Positions 28,839 to 32,000 of a DNA stretch of 32,000 nucleotides are shown one piece after another. The notes under the pieces were generated by a model, which saw only the letters and a list, made by a program, of their open reading frames with translations, made no database searches and had not been told where the DNA came from. Source of the stretch: Nitrosospira multiformis ATCC 25196 (GTDB lineage: Bacteria; Pseudomonadota; Gammaproteobacteria; Burkholderiales; Nitrosomonadaceae). The position numbers and the translations under genes were made by a program. Location of the stretch: NCBI RefSeq assembly GCF_000196355.1, contig NC_007614.1, positions 630,001 to 662,000 on the forward strand, given 5' to 3'. Within the stretch, counting starts at the first letter, position 1. Every line of letters starts with the position of its first letter.

Positions 28839-29151
28839 CAAGCTTTAAGGAGCCGCTGAGCAGATCTCCAACGGTTCCTTTCTCCATAGGCATTCGTGGA
28901 GGGAGTTGTGCGCGGTTACTCTCGTTCATGCTCTTGAGTACGCTATGCACGTTCGTCACTCGTGCGCCTCGTCATTCAGGATGATCCTGAGTCCGGCAAA
29001 GGCAGCGAAGGTAAGAGACAGAAGAGACTGCCAAGGCAGGATAAGCCTGAGTGCTGCGATCAGCGAATTTCGGTCATCAAATTCAGACTATGTATAATGG
29101 GGTTAAGGTTTTCAGCCCTAACCCCCAGTTCCACTTTTCTTCTGCCAGCAC

Positions 29152-29742
29152 TTAATTCTGCTTCGGCTGCGGCTTGTTTTCGATTTCCTTGTGCCAGATA
29201 TCATAAACCTCATCGGGCCAGAGTGATTTGATCCAGACGATCACGTCCCCGATCTGCTGGTTTGTCAGTTTTCCCTTCCAGGCTGGCATGGCCCCATCCA
29301 CGCTGCCATCCTGAATCATTTTTTCCAACGTTTCGGTTGAGTGATGCCAGGCGTGAGCGCTGCCATCCAATGGTGGCGGAGGATACCGCCCGTCCGGTCC
29401 CGGAGTACGCCAACCTGGCGTAGCTTCACCGTTAGGTCCGTGACAACTTGCACAATTCTTTCGATAAATCTCTTCGCCGCGCTTGATTCTTTCCGGCGCC
29501 AGCTTGCGTGCGGCGAGGTTTTTAGGCGGCTCCACCTTAGCAGCGGCAGGTGGGGTTGGTTCAGCCGGAACCGTACCGGCCTCCGCAGCAGGTGGGGCGG
29601 AAGATTCAGGCGGCGTCTCGGGTGACGCAGTCTCCGTGCCGGAAGGCGTGGTTGCGGATGACGGGGCGAGCTGCTTCGGCTCCCCGCATCCCGCGAGCAG
29701 TCCCATCGTGATGCTTGCCAGGAGCAATAACCGCATATTCAT
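29152..29742 (-). CDS. lipoprotein mono-haem c-type cytochrome with a long Pro/Ala/Thr-rich linker
   Basis: Trimmed to the ATG at 29742, preceded by AGGAGAG. MNMRLLLLASITMGLLAGC is a lipobox signal peptide. A ~70-aa low-complexity linker follows, then a class I cytochrome c domain with CASCH haem motif and a probable Met ligand in DGAMPAW. Confidence 0.85.
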   Translation of the reverse strand: MNMRLLLLASITMGLLAGCGEPKQLAPSSATTPSGTETASPETPPESSAPPAAEAGTVPAEPTPPAAAKVEPPKNLAARKLAPERIKRGEEIYRKNCASCHGPNGEATPGWRTPGPDGRYPPPPLDGSAHAWHHSTETLEKMIQDGSVDGAMPAWKGKLTNQQIGDVIVWIKSLWPDEVYDIWHKEIENKPQPKQN

Positions 29743-29861
29743 GATTGTCCGGCTCTCCTGCCTGTCACTCTTGCGGTTATCGCCACGGCTACTGCCCGGA
29801 ATGCCGGGACCCGCGAGCTTCTTATCGCATATCTCGCTATCGCTTGATGATCTGAGGCCCC

Positions 29862-30335
29862 TCATTTGAGTCTCATCACAGATGTTTTGGGATCAGAGGG
29901 AAGATGACGGCTGTAAATCGACGTCTCCCCCTGTTTGTTAATCAGAAGTACATCGTACGGATCATTACGCTCGCCTTCCATTCCAGGGGAACCGTGCGGC
30001 ATGCCGGGAGCAGTCAGGCCGAGGGCGCGCGGACGCTCCCTCAGAAGTCGTTTGACATCTTGTGCAGGTACGTGTCCTTCAATTGCATAGCCATCGACCA
30101 ACGCAGTGTGACATGAACCGAGGGCAGGGGCGATGCCCGCCTGCTCACGGGCTTCCTTGTTGCCTACATCATGCGTGTTCACGGTAAATCCGTTGGCACG
30201 CATATGATCGACCCACTTTGCGCAGCACTTGCAGGTGGAACTTTTATAAACGTCAACCGTTGCGGAGGCATGAGCGCCGCCCGCAAAGGCAGCAAACATG
30301 ATTCCAGCCAATACTGCATGTCTCGATATTTTCAT
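29862..30335 (-). CDS. copG: DUF411/CopG-family periplasmic copper-binding protein
   Basis: Trimmed to the ATG at 30335, preceded by AGGAG, with a 4-nt ATGA overlap on the upstream cupredoxin stop. Signal peptide is MKISRHAVLAGIMFAAFAGGAHA. It carries the CxCC motif STCKCCAKW and GMPHGSPGME. Confidence 0.85.
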   Translation of the reverse strand: MKISRHAVLAGIMFAAFAGGAHASATVDVYKSSTCKCCAKWVDHMRANGFTVNTHDVGNKEAREQAGIAPALGSCHTALVDGYAIEGHVPAQDVKRLLRERPRALGLTAPGMPHGSPGMEGERNDPYDVLLINKQGETSIYSRHLPSDPKTSVMRLK

Positions 30336-30796
30336 TTCGCTCCTACTGTGATTGTGCCTTTCATGCCTGGGAAATTCATACCTTTGAAGTGGCCGGGCAG
30401 CGGGCAGGCAAAATTTACTGTGCCTGCTTCCGTAAAATGCCACACCAGCTCCCCGGTCTGCCCCGGCTCGACCGAGACCATATCCGGCTGATCCGGGTGC
30501 GCATGGTCAGGGTGTTTTTTTAGCATTTTACCATGCTTGTCAATTTCTTCCGCAGTGCCGATCATCATCTCGTGCTTTTTCTTGCCTAGGTTCGTGATCA
30601 GAAATTTTATGGTTTCACCTTGTTTCACCTTGATCGCGTCAGGTTTGAAGCGGTTATCCACCGCAGTTATTTCAACCGTCCGGGAAACCTGGCTGGAGTC
30701 GCCCGGCTTCCCCAGGGCTTCCGTGTCCTCCTGAGCAAGGGTGTCGATCGAAACCAGGCCGAGGCTTAAAGCAGATGCGATCAGAAACTTCTTCAT
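30332..30796 (-). CDS. periplasmic cupredoxin (plastocyanin/azurin-like type-1 copper site; CopI-like)
   Basis: 154 aa with a Sec signal peptide. The ligand pattern is H (KKKHEMMIG) ... C-x4-H-x3-M (FACPLPGHFKGM). There is also a His-rich loop, KKHPDHAHPDQPDM. Confidence 0.85.
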   Translation of the reverse strand: MKKFLIASALSLGLVSIDTLAQEDTEALGKPGDSSQVSRTVEITAVDNRFKPDAIKVKQGETIKFLITNLGKKKHEMMIGTAEEIDKHGKMLKKHPDHAHPDQPDMVSVEPGQTGELVWHFTEAGTVNFACPLPGHFKGMNFPGMKGTITVGAK

Positions 30797-30971
30797 GAGA
30801 TTTTCTCCTTTCTATGCGAGGTCCCGCTTAACCCTCATCAAGCGGTGGTCTTTTTATTCTTCTTGCAAGTCCAATATAGCAAAGAAATATCCACTTGCCG
30901 CGATAGACTGAAAAGGCGGTTTTGGAGTTCCGCAAGCATCCTGTTGTCTCCGCTTTTCGTATATAGCAATT

Positions 30972-31943
30972 TCACCGCAGCCATCCCTTGCGTTTTATGT
31001 ATATAAGTGGCAGCAGTGCAGCCGATACCGTCAGGCCCATTGAATAGATGAACCCGTATTCCCACGCGAGTTCCGGCATTACAGCAAAGTTCATGCCGTA
31101 AAAGGTGCCCACCAGCGTAGGCGGCAGGAAGACCGCGGTGATGATGGTGAAGACCTTGACGATCTGGTTTTGTTTGATGTTGAGAATATTCGTGACTGCA
31201 TTCTGCAGATACCGCACCTTCTCGTGCTCGAAGTAGGCATGTTCCTTTACGCCAGCCACGTCTTCGGCCAGCTCCGTAGTCAATACCTGGAGTTCTGCCT
31301 CGGTCACGTTATCGATTTCGCCACTCAAGTAACGCACGGTGCGCGCCAGCGACAACTGGGCTTCCAGGCAGCGCGAAATAATGTCTTCCCTTTCATTCAG
31401 GTCTTGCATGGTTTCGATCAGATCGGGCACCCCCAGTTCCCTGCCCTGCGCGTTGTATCCATCCGATATTTCGGAAATCTCTTCTGCGCTTCGCTCCAGT
31501 TCATCCGCGAGACGATCTATTACTGTATCCGCGCTGTCATTAGCTACCTGCAACAATAATCGAAGTACCGATTTCGGATTCCGGCCATGACTCGGCCTGC
31601 GATTCATGCGCTGCAATGCTGTATCGAACGGGTGAAAATCGGGGTCCTGGCAGAGAATCGCAACCAGTTGCTCGCCCAGCATGAAAGTTACATCACCAAA
31701 GCTCGGCGTCCCGTTGCTGCCCAGACGGAGGAGTTTGGCGCGCATGTACATGAAGGTTCCATCATCGAAAACGCTGCCTGCCTGTCGTGTGGTGTCGATG
31801 CCGAAGCGCTGCTTCAGACACACAATGTCCTCGGGCGTCGGCGCATTGATCTCCAGCCAGACAACATGCTCATCGCCCTCCCGCCGCGGCAGGCCGTGAA
31901 TGATGCAGAGTGAGTGATTATCCTTCACAACACTGCGAATCAT
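30972..31943 (-). CDS. corA: CorA-family divalent metal ion channel (substrate not assignable)
   Basis: 323 aa with two C-terminal TM helices flanking the signature YGMNF. The cytoplasmic N-terminal domain is acidic. The RBS is AAGGAGGG. Confidence 0.8.
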   Translation of the reverse strand: MIRSVVKDNHSLCIIHGLPRREGDEHVVWLEINAPTPEDIVCLKQRFGIDTTRQAGSVFDDGTFMYMRAKLLRLGSNGTPSFGDVTFMLGEQLVAILCQDPDFHPFDTALQRMNRRPSHGRNPKSVLRLLLQVANDSADTVIDRLADELERSAEEISEISDGYNAQGRELGVPDLIETMQDLNEREDIISRCLEAQLSLARTVRYLSGEIDNVTEAELQVLTTELAEDVAGVKEHAYFEHEKVRYLQNAVTNILNIKQNQIVKVFTIITAVFLPPTLVGTFYGMNFAVMPELAWEYGFIYSMGLTVSAALLPLIYIKRKGWLR

Positions 31944-32000
31944 GATGAACCCTCCTTGTTGGGGTGTGGTACCACTCGAGGCTTCACGCTCGAAGCTTCA

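Noticed and set aside
28906-29231. Two overlapping plus-strand ORFs (63 and 89 aa) in the rplS/cytochrome c gap
   Set aside because: They have no RBS, Cys/Arg/Ser-rich translations, and the second runs antisense into the cytochrome c gene. I treat the gap as non-coding (see the finding on 28839-29151).
29743-29865. Upstream extension of the cytochrome c ORF (MRGLRSSSDSE...), and likewise 30336-30443 for the CopG ORF
   Set aside because: In each case the internal ATG is preceded by a strong AGGAG RBS and immediately encodes a signal peptide. The extensions are hydrophilic junk that would bury the signal sequences.
30825-30856. Hairpin CCGCTT-N10-AAGCGG followed by TCTTTTTATTCTTCTT on the plus strand, resembling an intrinsic terminator
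   Set aside because: No plus-strand gene lies upstream to terminate. The stem is only 6 bp with a 10-nt loop. It is more likely a structure in the 5' UTR of the minus-strand cupredoxin operon.

Overview
This looks like a chromosomal segment of roughly mid-50s %GC, judged by eye. Gene order points to a betaproteobacterium: glyQ-glyS-gmhB-plsC, M23 peptidase-anmK, erpA-bactofilin-argC, rplM-rpsI, thrB-DUF2782-polA, and rpsP-rimM-trmD-rplS. A stand-alone phosphoribulokinase suggests a Calvin-cycle autotroph, possibly Nitrosomonadales; that is inference, not a database result. About 90% of the window is intact housekeeping genes. I found no rRNA, tRNA, CRISPR array or recognisable defence system. 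Four loci are not routine. (1) The left ~820 bp is visibly AT-richer. It carries an unknown gene that runs off the window edge and is absent from the supplied ORF track. A complete IS3-family element with no detectable target-site duplication separates it from the core genome. (2) A soluble histidine kinase with no partner response regulator sits between lnt and the M23 peptidase gene. (3) A bactofilin gene is paired with a membrane-anchored coiled-coil protein, close to cell-wall enzymes. (4) At the right end is a same-strand string of periplasmic metal genes: CorA-family channel, cupredoxin, DUF411/CopG, and a lipoprotein cytochrome c. The supplied track uses GTG and TTG as starts, so several ORFs are over-extended at the 5' end; I trimmed starts where N-terminal homology or a ribosome-binding site supported it. 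If something truly new is here, the best candidate is the truncated left-edge island, most of which lies outside this window. Nothing in the window is clearly an undescribed system.
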